DNA of 64,000 nucleotides from Eledone cirrhosa (GCA_964016885.1 OZ024748.1:25978001-26042000), one strand, 5' to 3'; positions 1 through 14,800 are shown, counted from the first letter of the stretch. Notes: a model not told the origin generated them from the sequence alone. A program made the numbers and translations.

Positions 1-3000
1 GGTTAGATAATACTTAGTCTCACTATACCAATTACAGGTTAGATAATCCTTAGTCTCACTGTACTAATTACTTGTTAGATAAACCTTAGTCTCACTATAC
101 TAATTACTGGTTAGATAATCCTTAGTCTCACTGTACTAATTACTGGTTAGATAATCCTTAGTCTCACTGTACAAATTACTGGTTAGATAATTCTTAGTCT
201 CACTCTACTAATTACAGGTTAGATAATACTTAGTCTCACTATACTAATTACAGGTTAGATAATCCTTAGTCTCACTGTACTAATTACTTGTTAGATAATC
301 CTTAGTCTCACTATACTAATTACAGGTTAGATAATCCTTAGTCTCACTGTACTAATTACTGGTTAGATAATCCTTAGTCTCACTATACTAATTACAGGTT
401 AGATAATCCTTAGTCTCACTGTACTAATTACTTGTTAGATAATCATTAGTCTCACTGTACTAATTACTGGTTAGATAATCCTTAGTCTCACTATACTAAT
501 TACTTGTTAGATAATCCTTAGTCTCACTGTACTAATTACTGGTTAGATAATCCTTAGTCTCACTATACTAATTACTGGTTAGATAATCCTTAGTCTCACT
601 GTACTAATTACTGGTTAGATAATCCTTAGTCTCACTGTACTAATTACTGGTTAGATAATCCTTAGTCTAACTGTACTAATTACTTGTTAGATAATCCTTA
701 GTCTCACTGTACTAATTACTGATTAGATAATCCTTAGTCTAACTGTACTAATTACTTGTTAGATAATCCTTAGTCTCACTGTACTAATTACTGGTTAGAT
801 AATCCTTAGTGTAACTGTACTAATTATTTGTTAGATAATCCTTAGTCTCACTGTACTAATTACTTGTTAGATAATCCTTAGTCTAACTGTACTAATTACT
901 GGTTAGATAATCCTTAGTCTCACTGTACTAATAACTTGTTAGATAATCCTCAGTCTCACTGTACTAATTACTGGTTAGATAATACTTAGTCTCACTGTAC
1001 TAATTACTTGTTAGATAATCCTTAGTCTCACTGTACTAATTACTGGTTAGATAATCCTTAGTCTCACTGTACTAATTACTTGTTAGATAATCCTTAATCT
1101 CACTGTACTAATTACTGGTTAGATAATCCTTAGTCTCACTATACTAATTACTGGTTAGATAATCCTTAGTCTCACTGTACTAATTACTGGTTAGATAATC
1201 CTTAGTCTCACTGTACTAATTACTTGTTAGATAATCCTTAGTCTCACTGTACTAATTACTTGTTAGATAATCCTTAGTCTCACTGTACTACTTACTGGTT
1301 AGATAATCCTTAGTCTCACTGTACTAATTACAGGTTAGATAATCCTTAGTCTCACTGTACTAATTACTGGTTAGATAATCCTTAGTCTCACTGTAGTAAT
1401 TACTTGTTAGATAATCCTTAGCCTCACTGTACTAATTACTGGTTAGATAATCCTTAGTCTCACTGTACTGATTACTGGTTAGATAATCCTTAGTCTCACT
1501 GTACTAATTACTTGTTAAATAATCCTTAGTCTCATTATACTAATTACAGGTTAGATAATCCTTAGTCTCACTGTACTAATTACAGGTTAGATAATCCTTA
1601 GTCTCACTATACTAATTACTGGTTAGATAATCCTTAGTCTCACTGTACTAATTACTGGTTAGATAATCCTTAGTCTCACTATACTAATTACTGGTTAGAT
1701 AATACTTAGTCTCACTATACCAATTACAGGTTAGATAATCCTTAGTCTCACTGTACTAATTACTTGTTAGATAAACCTTAGTCTCACTATACTAATTACT
1801 GGTTAGATAATCCTTAGTCTCACTGTACTAATTACTGGTTAGATAATCCTTAGTCTCACTGTACTAATTACAGGTTAGATAATTCTTAGTCTCACTCTAC
1901 TAATTACAGGTTAGATAATACTTAGTCTCACTATACTAATTACAGGTTAGATAATCCTTAGTCTCACTGTACTAATTACTTGTTAGATAATCCTTAGTCT
2001 CACTATACTAATTACAGGTTAGATAATCCTTAGTCTCACTGTACTAATTACTGGTTAGATAATCCTTAGTCTCACTGTACTAATTACTGGTTAGATAATT
2101 CTTAGTCTCACTCTACTAATTACTTGTTAGATAATCCTTAGTCTCACTGTACTAATTACTGGTTAGATAATACTTAGTCTCACTATACTAATTACAGGTT
2201 AGATAATCCTTAGTCTCACTGTACTAATTACTTGTTAGATAATCCTTAGTCTCACTGTACTAATTACTGGTTAGATAATCCTTAGTCTCACTATACTAAT
2301 TACTGGTTAGATAATCCTTAGTCTCACTGTACTAATTACTGGTTAGATAATCCTTAGTCTCACTATACTAATTACTGGTTAGATAATCCTTAGTCTCACT
2401 GTACTAATTACTGGTTGGATAATCCTTAGTCTCACTATACTAATTACTGGTTAGATAATCCTTAGTCTCACTGTACTAATTACTGGTTAGATAATCCTTA
2501 GTCTCACTGTACTAATTACTGGTTAGATAATCCTTAGTCTCACTGTACTAATTACTGGTTAGATAATCCTTAGTCTCACTGTACTAATTACTTGTTAGAT
2601 AATCCTTAGTCTCACTATACTAATTACTTGTTAGATAATCCTTAGTCTCACTATACTAATTACTTGTTAGATAATCCTTAGTCTCACTGTACTAATTACT
2701 TGTTAGATAATCCTTAGTCTAACTGTACTAATTACTTGGTAGATAATCCTTAGTCTCACTGTACTAATTACTGGTTAGATAATCCTTAGTCTCACTGTAC
2801 TAATTACTTGTTAGATAATCCTTAGTCTCACTGTACTAATTACAGGTTAGATAATCCTTAGTCTCACTGTACTAATTACTGGTTAGATAATCCTTAGTCT
2901 CACTATACTAATTACTGGTTAGATAATCCTTAGTCTCACTGTTCTAATTACTGGTTAGATAATCCTTAGTCTCACTGTACTAATTACTTGTTAGATAATC

Positions 3001-4905
3001 CTTAGTCTCACTGTACTAATTACTGGTTAGATAATCCTTAGTCTCACTATACTAATTACTGGTTAGATAATCCTTAGTCTCACTGTACTAATTACTTGTT
3101 AGATAATCCTTAGTCTCACTGTACTAATTACTGGTTAGATAATCCTTAGTCTCACTGTACTAATTACTTGTTAGATAATCCTTAGTCTCACTATACTAAT
3201 TACTGGTTAGATAATCCTTAGTCTCACTGTACTAATTACTTGTTAGATAATCCTTAGTCTCACTGTACCAATTACTGGTTAGATAATCCTTAGTCTCACT
3301 GTACTAATTACTGGTTAGATAATCCTTAGTCTCACTGTACTAATTACTTGTTAGATAATGCTTAGTCTCACTGTACTAATTACTTGTTAGATAATCCTTA
3401 GTCTCACTGTACCTATTACTGGTTAGATAATCCTTAGTCTCACTATACTAATTACTGGTTAGATAATCCTTAGTGTCACTGTACTAATTACTTGTTAGAT
3501 AAACCTTAGTCTCACTATACTAATTACTGGTTAGATAATCCTTAGTCTCACTGTACTAATTACTGGTTAGATAATCCTTAGTCTCACTGTACTAATTACT
3601 GGTTAGATAATTCTTAGTCTCACTCTACTAATTACAGGTTAGATAATACTTAGTCTCACTATACTAATTACAGGTTAGATAATCCTTAGTCTCACTGTAC
3701 TAATTACTGGTTAGATAATCCTTAGTCTCACTGTACTAATTACTGGTTAGATAATTCTTAGTCTCACTCTACTAATTACTTGTTAGATAATCCTTAGTCT
3801 CACTGTACTAATTACTGGTTAGATAATACTTAGTCTCACTATACTAATTACAGGTTAGATAATCCTTAGTCTCACTGTACTAATTACTTGTTAGATAATC
3901 CTTAGTCTCACTGTACTAATTACTGGTTAGATAATCCTTAGTCTCACTATACTAATTACTGGTTAGATAATCCTTAGTCTCACTGTACTAATTACTGGTT
4001 AGATAATCCTTAGTCTCACTATACTAATTACTGGTTAGATAATCCTTAGTCTCACTGTACTAATTACTGGTTAGATAATCCTTAGTCTCACTATACTAAT
4101 TACTGGTTAGATAATCCTTAGTCTCACTGTACTAATTACTGGTTAGATAATCCTTAGTCTCACTGTACTAATTACTGGTTAGATAATCCTTAGTCTCACT
4201 GTACTAATTACTGGTTAGATAATCCTTAGTCTCACTGTACTAATTACTTGTTAGATAATCCTTAGTCTCACTATACTAATTACTTGTTAGATAATCCTTA
4301 GTCTCACTATACTAATTACTTGTTAGATAATCCTTAGTCTCACTGTACTAATTACTTGTTAGATAATCCTTAGTCTAACTGTACTAATTACTTGGTAGAT
4401 AATCCTTAGTCTCATTGTACTAATTACTGGTTAGATAATCCTTAGTCTCACTGTACTAATTACTTGTTAGATAATTCTTAGTCTCACTGTACTAATTACA
4501 GGTTAGATAATCCTTAGTCTCACTGTACTAATTACTGGTTAGATAATCCTTAGTCTCACTATACTAATTACTGGTTAGATAATCCTTAGTCTCACTGTTC
4601 TAATTACTGGTTAGATAATCCTTAGTCTCACTGTACTAATTACTTGTTAGATAATCCTTAGTCTCACTGTACTAATTACTGGTTAGATAATCCTTAGTCT
4701 CACTATACTAATTACTGGTTAGATAATCCTTAGTCTCACTGTACTAATTACTTGTTAGATAATCCTTAGTCTCACTGTACTAATTACTGGTTAGATAATC
4801 CTTAGTCTCACTGTACCAATTACTGGTTAGATAATCCTTAGTCTCACTATACTAATTACTGGTTAGATAATCCTTAGTGTCACTGTACTAATTACTTGTT
4901 AGATA
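1..4905. repeat. 36-bp tandem satellite (consensus ggttagataatccttagtctcactgtactaattact), left block; begins before the window
   Basis: Visible 36-bp period with few variants (ctgg/cttg/cagg, gtac/atac). Confidence 0.98.
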
Positions 4906-6495
4906 TGTTTCTTTTATTTGCCACCAGGGCATCAAAAGTGGGACAAGTACAATGGGGGGAGTTTACAAAACAAGGCGTCCTCAATAAGGAGGAGGCAATA
5001 ACAATATATAAAAATAAAATAAAATATAACAAAAAATAAAATTTATAACAAAGTACTCAACAGAGAGGAGGCGCCTTGGGGTGTCGCACACACCCCCGTA
5101 AAAAGTGTGCAACCCTTCTCCTCAGGAGCACAGAGAAGGGGTGCTCCCTTGGTCTTTCATCTTCCTCACCTATAGTCTGATGTAGAGTGAAGGCCCATTC
5201 ACACGGGCCATTCTCGCCACTTTCACCCATCTTTCATAGAAACGGCTGGGGTGCAGCACCTCTCTCTCCATCCTGATCCTTCTTCCGAAATGATATCGGA
5301 AGAAACGGATCAGTTGTTGGCCAGAGAGAGAAAGGTGTCTGACCTCAGTCCTTTCAGACGCGTCCACCATACAACCTCTTTCGCCATGGCTATTACGCAC
5401 AGAAACACCGCCTCACCTTCGTTTTTGAAGAGGGGAGGCGGCTTGATCGTTACAATAGACTCGGTGGTCAAACGGATCGGTCCCACCCTTGACAGCAGTT
5501 GTTCGACATAGCCCCACAGATCGGCAATGCCTGAGCAGTGTACCAATGCGTGTGCAACGGTTTCCTCGTCGCACACGCATCTGGGACAGATCTTTTTCGA
5601 TGGGTCCCTACCCGGGCGCCCGTATCTGTAGAGCCTTTCTCGAACGGGCAGAGCCCTTCTGTAGCATTGCCAGGCCAGGGACCTCTGGAAGTTATCCATG
5701 GGTCCCGGGCTGAATGTCCTACCGAACAGGTTGGCCAGTTCGTCTTCCTCCATGCCTAGGGCTTCTCCGAGGGCGTCGTCGCACCTGCTAACCACCAGCC
5801 CTCTATAGAATGACGAGGTGGATTCTCCACTGACAGCCGGGTCCGCCTGCCAGAGAGCCGTGAGCGCCTGGGCACACTCGGTGTGCCAGGCGCCTAGTTT
5901 TCTCGGTCTTTGCTTGACCCAGGATTGCAGCTCGGTGAGTGAGACGAGTCTGGGAAAGGCTCGCCTCACAAACGGGGCCCACACCGGTTGACCGGAGAGG
6001 AATACCTGAAGGTGCCGTAGCCTTAATGCGTGTTTACGTATCATTAGCCACGGCATCCCCAGCCCTCCTTTCGAAGGGTGTTGACAGCAGATGGATCTTC
6101 TCACCATAGGAGCCCGCTTCTTCCAAAGGAATTGGAAGAGTGCGCGCTCCATTTTGGCGAGCGTTTCCCTTGGGCAAGGCACAACGGTCAGGCGGTAGTA
6201 GATGACCGACGCTATATAAGTGTTCGCCACCTCCGCCCGACCTTTCAGGGACAGTTTGCACTCGGCCCACTTCTGGGTCAGTGCAAACACCCTGTTCGTC
6301 ACCTCACCCCAGTTCTTCTCCACCTGGAGGTCTGGTCCGAACCAGACCCCGAGCAACTTCACCGGGCCCTCCGTCCAGCGCCCGACGACGCCATCGGAGG
6401 GCATCGATCTGCCCCTCCACGTGCCGAGTTGCAGACCGATCCACTTGTCCCGGTTCAGCTTAGCCCCTGTAAACCTTTCGTACTCCTCCAGTAAG
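4906..6495 (-). mobile_element. 5'-truncated Tx1/L1-like LINE (copy 1) inserted into the 36-bp satellite
   Basis: ORF 5310..6404 is nearly identical to the C-terminal part of the 19984..22776 RT protein and includes the CCHC knuckle CPRC..HALVHC. It has the same 3' UTR, ending aataaaagaaaca. A 2-bp slip in a ct run near 5325 frameshifts the C-terminus. Confidence 0.93.
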
Positions 6496-9400
6496 TCCTT
6501 AGTCTCACTGTTCTAATTACTGGTTAGATAATCCTTAGTCTCACTGTACTAATTACTGGTTAGATAATCCTTAGTCTCACTGTTCTAATTACTTGTTAGA
6601 TAATCCTTAGTCTCACTGTACTAATTACTGGTTAGATAATCCTTAGTCTCACTGTTCTAATTACTGGTTAGATAATCCTTAGTCTCACTGTACTAATTAC
6701 TGGTTAGATAATCCTTAGTCTCACTGTTCTAATTACTTGTTAGATAATCCTTAGTCTCACTGTTCTAATTACTTGTTAGATAATCCTTAGTCTCACTGTA
6801 CTAATTACTGGTTAGATAATCCTTAGTCTCACTGTTCTAATTACTTGTTAGATAATCCTTAGACTCACTGTACTAATTACTGGTTAGATAATCCTTAGTC
6901 TCACTGTACTAATTACTGGTTAGATAATCCTTAGTCTCACTGTTCTAATTACTGGTTAGATAATCCTTAGTCTCACTGTTCTAATTACTTGTTAGATAAT
7001 CCTTAGTCTCACTGTTCTAATTACTGGTTAGATAATCCTTAGTCTCACTGTACTAATTACTTGTTAGATAATCCTTAGTCTCACTGTACTAATTACTGGT
7101 TAGATAATCCTTAGTCTCACTGTTCTAATTACTTGTTAGATAATCCTTAGTCTCACTGTACTAATTACTGGTTAGATAATCCTTAGTATCACTGTTCTAA
7201 TTACTGGTTAGATAATCCTTAGTCTCACTGTTCTAATTACTGGTTAGATAATCCTTAGTCTCACTGTACTAATTACAGGTTAGATAATCCTTAGACTCAC
7301 TGTACTAATTACTGGTTAGATAATCCTTAGTCTCACTATACTAATTACTGGTTAGATAATCCTTAGTCTCACTGTTCTAATGACTGGTTAGATAATCCTT
7401 AGTCTCACTGTTCTAATTACTGGTTAGATAATCCTTAGTCTCACTATACTAATTACTTGTTAGATAATCCTTAGTCTCACTGTACTAATTACTTGTTAGA
7501 TAATCCTTAGTCTCACTGTACTAATTACTGGTTAGAGTATCCTTAGTCTCACTGTACTATTTACTGGTTAGATAATCCTTAGTCTCACTGTTCTAATTAC
7601 TGGTTAGATAATCCTTAGTCTCACTGTTCTAATTACTGGTTAGATAATCCTTAGTCTCACTATACTAATTACTTGTTAGATAATCCTTAGTCTCACTGTA
7701 CTAATTACTGGTTAGATAATCCTTAGTCTCACTGTACTAATTACTGGTTAGATAATCCTTAGTCTCACTGTACTAATTACTTGTTAGATAATCCTTAGTC
7801 TCATTGTACTAATTACTTGTTAGATAATCCTTAGACTCACTGTACTAATTACTGGTTAGATAATCCTTAGTCTCACTGTACTAATTACTTGTTAGATAAT
7901 CCTTAGTCTCACTGTACTAATTACTGGTTAGATAATCCTTAGTCTCACTGTACTAATTACTGGTTAGATAATCCTTAGTCTCACTGTACTAATTACTGGT
8001 TAGATATCCTTAGTCTCACTGTACTAATTACTTGTTAGATAATCCTTAGTCTCACTGTACTAATTATTTGTTAGATAATCCTTAGTCTCACTGTACTAAT
8101 TACTTGTTAGATAATCCTTAGTCTCACTGTACTAATTACTTGTTAGATAATCCTTAGTCTCACTGTACTAATTACTTGTTAGATAATCCTTAGTCTCACT
8201 GTACTAATTACTTGTTAGATAATCCTTAGTCTCACTGTACTAATTACTGGTTAGATAATCCTTAGTCTCACTGTACTAATTACTGGTTAGATAATCCTTA
8301 GTCTCACTGTACTAATTACTTGTTAGATAATCCTTAGTCTCACTGTACTAATTACTTGTTAGATAATCCTTAGTCTCACTGTACTAATTACTTGTTAGAT
8401 AATCCTTAGTCTCACTGTACTAATTACTTGTTAGATAATCCTTAGTCTCACTGTACTAATTACTTGTTAGATAATCCTTAGTCTCACTGTACTAATTACT
8501 GGTTAGATAATCCTTAGTCTCACTGTACTAATTACTTGTTAGATAATCCTTAGTCTCACTGTACTAATTACTTGTTAGATAATCCTTAGTCTCACTGTAC
8601 TAATTACTTGTTAGATAAACCTTAGTCTCACTGTACTAATTACTGGTTAGATAATCCTTAGTCTCACTGTACTAATTACTGGTTAGATAATCCTTAGTCT
8701 CACTATACTAATTACTTGTTAGATAATCCTTAGTCTTACTGTACTAATTACTGGTTAGATAATCCTTAGTCTCACTGTACTAATTACTTGTTAGATAATC
8801 CTTAGTCTCACTGTACTAATTACTGGTTAGATAATCCTTAGTCTCACTATACTAATTACTGGTTAGATAATCCTTAGTCTCACTGTACTAATTACTGGTT
8901 AGATAATCCTTAGTCTCACTATAGTAATTACTTGTTAGATAATCCATAGTCTCACTGTACTAATTACTTGTTAGATAATCCTTAGTCTCACTGTACTTAT
9001 TACTTGTTAGATAATCCTTAGTCTCACTGTACTAATTACTGGTTAGATAATCCTTAGTCTCACTGTATTAATTACTTGTTAGATAATCCTTAGTCTCACT
9101 GTACTAATTACTTGTTACATAATCCTTAGTCTCACTGTTCTAATTGTTGGTTAGATAATCCTTAGTCTCACTGTACTAATTACTGGTTAGATAATCCTTA
9201 GTCTCACTGTTCTAATTACTGGTTAGATAATCCTTAGTCTCACTGTACTAATTACTTGTTAGATAATCCTTAGTCTCACTATACTAATTACTGGTTAGAT
9301 AATCCTTAGTCTCACTGTACTAATTACTTGTTAGATAATCCTTAGTCTCGCTGTACTAATTACTTGTTAGATAATCCTTAGTCTCACTGTTCTAATTGTT

Positions 9401-11752
9401 GGTTAGATAATCCTTAGTCTCACTGTACTAATTACTGGTTAGATAATCCTTAGTCTCACTGTACTAATTACTTGTTAGATAATCCTTAGTCTCACTATAC
9501 TAATTACTTGTTAGATAATCCTTAGTCTCACTGTACTAATTACTGGTTAGATAATCCTTAGTCTCACTGTACTAATTACTGGTTAGATAATCCTTAGTCT
9601 CACTGTACTAATTACTGGTTAGATAATCCTTAGTCTCACTGTTCTAATTACTGGTTAGATAATCCTTAGTCTCACTGTACTAATTACTGGTTAGATAATC
9701 CTTAGTCTCACTGTACTAATTACTGGTTAGATAATCCTTAGTCTCACTGTACTAATTACTTGTTAGATAATCCTTAGTCTCACTATACTAATTACTGGTT
9801 AGATAATCCTTAGTCTCACTGTACTAATTACTGGTTAGATAATCCTTAGTCTCACTGTACTAATTACTGGTTAGATAATCCTTAGTCTCACTGTACTAAT
9901 TACTTGTTAGATAATCCTTAGTCTCACTATACTAATTACTGGTTAGATAATCCTTAGTCTCACTGTACTAATTACTTGTTAGATAATCCTTAGTCTCACT
10001 ATACTAATTACTGGTTAGATAATCCTTAGTCTCACTGTACTAATTACTTGTTAGATAATCCTTAGTCTCACTATACTAATTACTGGTTAGATAATCCTTA
10101 GTCTCACTGTACTAATTACTTGTTAGATAATCCTTAGTCTCACTGTACTAATTACTGGTTAGATAATCCTTCGTCTCACTCTACTAATTACTTATTAGAT
10201 AATCCTTAGTCTCACTATACTAATTACTGGTTAGATAATCCTTAGTCTCACTGTACTAATTACTTGTTAGATAATCCTTAGTCTCACTGTTCTAATTGTT
10301 GGTTAGATAATCCTTAGTCTCACTGTACCAATTACTTGTTAGATAATCCTTAGTCTCACTATACTAATTACTGGTTAGATAATCCTTAGTCTCACTATAC
10401 TAATTACTGGTTAGATAATCCTTAGTCTCACTGTACTAATTACTGGTTAGATAATCCTTAGTCTCACTGTACTAATTACTGGTTAGATAATCCTTAGTCT
10501 CACTGTTCTAATTACTGGTTAGATAATCCTTAGTCTCACTGTACTAATTACTGGTTAGATAATCCTTAGTCTCACTGTACTAATTACTGGTTAGATAATC
10601 CTTAGTCTCACTGTACTAATTACTGGTTAGATAATCCTTAGTCTCACTGTTCTAATTACTGGTTAGATAATCCTTAGTCTCACTGTACTAATTACTGGTT
10701 AGATAATCCTTAGTCTCACTGTACTAATTACTGGTTAGATAATCCTTAGTCTCACTGTACTAATTACTTGTTAGATAATCCTTAGTCTCACTATACTAAT
10801 TACTGGTTAGATAATCCTTAGTCTCACTGTACTAATTACTGGTTAGATAATCCTTAGTCTCACTGTACTAATTACTGGTTAGATAATCCTTAGTCTCACT
10901 GTACTAATTACTTGTTAGATAATCCTTAGTCTCACTATACTAATTACTGGTTAGATAATCCTTAGTCTCACTGTACTAATTACTTGTTAGATAATCCTTA
11001 GTCTCACTATACTAATTACTGGTTAGATAATCCTTAGTCTCACTGTACTAATTACTTGTTAGATAATCCTTAGTCTCACTATACTAATTACTGGTTAGAT
11101 AATCCTTAGTCTCACTGTACTAATTACTGGTTAGATAATCCTTATTCTCACTGTACTAATTACTGGTTAGATAATCCTTAGTCTCACTAGACTAATTACT
11201 TGTTAGATAATCCTTAGTCTCACTGTACTAATTACTGGTTAGATAATCCTTAGTCTCACTAGACTAATTACTTGTTAGATAATCCTTAGTCTCACTGTAC
11301 TAATTACTGGTTAGATAATCCTTAGTCTCACTAGACTAATTACTTGTTAGATAATCCTTAGTCTCATTAGACTAATTACTTGTTAGATAATCCTTAGTCT
11401 CACTGTACTAATTACTGGTTAGATAATCCTTAGTCTCACTAGACTAATTACTTGTTAGATAATCCTTAGTCTCACTGTACTAATTACTTGTTAGATAATC
11501 CTTAGTCTCACTATACTAATTACTGTTTAGATAATCCTTAGTCTCACTGTACTAATTACTGGTTAGATAATCCTTAGTCTCACTGTACTAATTACTGGTT
11601 AGATAATCCTTAGTCTCACTGTACTAATTACTGTTTAGATAATCCTTAGTCTCACTGTACTAATTACTGGTTAGATAATCCTTAGTCTCACTAGACTAAT
11701 TACTTGTTAGATAATACTTAGTCTCACTGTACTAATTACTGGTTAGATAATC
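6496..11752. repeat. 36-bp tandem satellite, right block
   Basis: The same unit resumes in register (tccttagtctc) immediately after the LINE and ends at ggttagataatc. Confidence 0.98.
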
Positions 11753-12240
11753 AATCTCTCGTTTCACATTTGTCAACTCTTTCTTTGTAGTCTCTTGCTA
11801 GGGTTTGTTAACAGTTAATCTGTATTCCGATAACCATTTCTTTGCCAACCTCCGCCCTAACACCTCCTTCATAACAATACATCAATGTTCCACTGCCATA
11901 CTACTGTTTTGTGTTAAACACTTACCACTATGTTTGAAACCAAATGACAACAGAATCTTTACGCTGTGTACAATTGATCATATAACTGGTAATATTGGTA
12001 TATATGCCATACCAATCCTGAACTCCAAAAATTAAATACGTTCAATGCTATTACCGTCATTTAGTCGTCAACATAAACTATAAGGTTTCTCTTATACAGA
12101 CCATAAATTTATCAAAAAAAAAACTTCTCAGTCGTATATCCGGGAAATCTGGTTTATATGGCATACCAATCCTGGACGCCAAAATTTAAATACGTCCAAC
12201 GCTATTGCTGTCATTATTGACAGCACGGGTTCACCACTAG
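11753..12240 (+). mobile_element. Putative Helitron 3' terminal region
   Basis: Hairpin tgctgtca-ttat-tgacagca (12206-12225), then 11 nt, then CTAG (12237-12240) followed by T. There is also an internal ~65-bp imperfect direct repeat (11997-12061 vs 12151-12215). Confidence 0.6.
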
Positions 12241-13079
12241 TTAGAAATAAACCGCTTATTAGTTCAGTATGTCCCCTTATAAAGGGGGACAACAGAAACA
12301 TTAGAAATTAAAATGCAGAACGCTGATATAATATATAGGACAAACTAAGTCTTTATTAAGCAATATGAGATCTTTTAGCCAAAATCCAGTTGTGGAACGT
12401 TGTTGGTTTTTTAGTCGGATTAATTAATATCTATGATATAATGTGTCATGTCATGGACAAAAGATCTTTGTTTTAAATATTAATGGAAATTCTCTGAACC
12501 GCTTAATATCTTGTAGGAGCGTTTAAACAGTTTTGTTCAACGATCTCGAATATATTTGACATTGTATGGTATAGTCTTGTGACTCTTGTTTGGAGTCGTA
12601 AGCCCGCCGTAGTGGCATAAGTCGTTTCTCTGGCATTTTGAAACCTGGCGGGGCTCATCTGTTTAGGTCTGTACACAGAAGATTTCTTCAAGAGGATGAT
12701 AGAAAACGAAAGAGAGAGAAAGTGAGAAAGAGATATAGAGGAAGAATCGACTCCAGTATTTGACTGGTACTTTTTTTTCGACCTCGAAACGATGAAAGAG
12801 GTTCTTTGACATTCCGTTCGGGAAACAGCCAGTGAGAGAGCCTCTATGTTGCTAGAAAGAACAGCTAAATCTCCATGAAACCACACATTGTTCAAGTAAT
12901 GAACAATAAATAGCCTTAAATAGCGGAATAGTCATGACTGGAATATCTTTTATTACAGATTTGCTCAATTCGGGTTGATTTGTCGCTCAACAACAACATC
13001 AACAGAAACAACAATATTGATGGGGTGGGGGTTAAGATGATCAGCTACCTACATGCCGCTAGTTAAAATATCATACAAA

Positions 13080-13400
13080 CAGGTCAGAACAGAAAGGGCT
13101 AGGTTGATTGACCATTAGGTCCTGAGTTCAATCCCACCGGATGGTATCTTGGGCAAATGTCGATAACCATAGCTTCAGGTCGACCCATACCTTGTGAGTG
13201 ACATTGGGTAGACGGAAACTATGTGGAAGCCCGCCAGATGGACTGTACTTGTAATTCAAAGGGGACCAGTTTTATCGCACATACACTCTTGTCACGCTGA
13301 AGTGTCTTTTGAATACTCAGCCTCTTATACATCAATTTCATCAGCAGAGTGTTCCATTGATTGAACAACTGGAACACTCATCGTCGAAAGCGATGAGGGT
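13080..13400 (+). mobile_element. Degenerate tRNA-derived SINE (family 1)
   Basis: B-box-like gagttcaatccc, then cttgggcaaatgtc...ccttgtgagtg...ggtagacggaaact. Related copies lie at 13652-13810 and 62340-62530. Confidence 0.6.
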
Positions 13401-13651
13401 TCATTCCATGTATCGACGTTTACAGTAGTGAAGCGATTTTTTATTACACTCTTAAGTCTGGACTCCAACTAGTATTATTCGTTATAGTAATATCATTATC
13501 ATTAATCGTGGTAATTTCACGGTTTTTGGTTGTCAAAAATGGAAGTGTTATCTCAACCAGTCTTGCGTATAATTTAACAAAACTCACGTTACCGTGACGC
13601 TTTCATCTGTCTTAAAGGTTTCATATTTGTCTCTCCTTTTCTAAAGTTATA

Positions 13652-13810
13652 TGGACGCAACGTAGTCGAATGGTTAAGAAGTTCGCTTCGCAAATCACTA
13701 AGTCCCGTGTTCGATCTAGGACATGTTTCATTTACCAGAGCGTCAAGTTGACCCATGTCTTGTGAGTGAAATTGGATGGACGGAAACTATTTGGAAGTTC
13801 ATCGTATGGG
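13652..13810 (+). mobile_element. Degenerate tRNA-derived SINE (family 1)
   Basis: A-box-like tagtcgaatggttaag, B-box-like gtgttcgatct, and the shared body ttgtgagtga...gacggaaact. Confidence 0.55.
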
Positions 13811-14135
13811 GGTGTACCTATAATTCAAAGAGTCCACTCAGGGCCAGATTTAATGGGGGCACTCGCCCCGAGCCTCTTGAAATATGTGTGGGGGGGGGGG
13901 GGGGGGCACCAGCGACGGCCGTAGCATTTTATTTGCGCCCTCAGCTGGTCTTTTTAGTTTTAGGATGGTTAGAATTTTTAAAGTTAATACCTGTATATAT
14001 AACTTTTCAATTACAATTACTTGCGCCATGCTAACTTAGGGGGTGGGGGGGGTTTGCTAATTTTTTTGACAGTGTAGTTAGGGGCTCTAACCCTAGTTCT
14101 GTTAGTTAGACTCTCCATATTTCTTTGCAATGGCT

Positions 14136-14351
14136 GACAATACCTTACCGGCGCCACTTAATGGTTCAAGTTTTTCTTGGATAGAAAAACTTGAACCATT
14201 AAGGTATCTTTTCTTGGTTATGTAAAAATTTATAAAACAAACTTTGTATTTTATCTGATGAGTGCGTACCAAAGTTTTGGTACCCTTGAAATATATATAA
14301 TAGAATAAATATGGTTTTATAAATATAGTTTCCATTTATTTAAAATCATTG

Positions 14352-14352
<1 letters not shown>
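14136..14352 (+). mobile_element. Short non-autonomous hammerhead-bearing element (family A)
   Basis: Near-identical copy at 39811-40027 with the same 5' boundary (gacaataccttaccggcgcc). It has an internal 21-bp-arm hairpin and ends at a (TA)n tract. Confidence 0.75.
14247..14307 (+). ncRNA. Minimal type I hammerhead ribozyme (family A)
   Basis: Stem I tattttat/atagaata; CTGATGA at 14255; stem II gtacca/tggtac; GAAA at 14288; palindromic tatata; UA cleavage site. Confidence 0.7.
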
Positions 14353-14400
<48 letters not shown>

Positions 14401-14529
14401 CATATATATATATACATATATATATATACATATATACATATATATATACATATATACATATATATATATACATATATATATATACATATATATATATACA
14501 TATATACATATATACATATATATATATAC

Positions 14530-14592
<63 letters not shown>

Positions 14593-14607
14593 CATATATA
14601 TATATAC

Positions 14608-14654
<47 letters not shown>

Positions 14655-14725
14655 CATATATATATATATACATATATATACATATATATATATATACATA
14701 TATATATATACATATATATATATAC

Positions 14726-14756
<31 letters not shown>

Positions 14757-14768
14757 CATATATATACA

Positions 14769-14800
<32 letters not shown>

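Noticed and set aside
1-11752. 36- and 37-bp periodic arrays as CRISPR arrays
   Set aside because: The units are head-to-tail with no unique spacers, there are no cas genes, and the context is eukaryotic.
13652-13720. tRNA genes at SINE heads
   Set aside because: Only degenerate A/B boxes are present, with no complete cloverleaf, and they are followed by SINE bodies.
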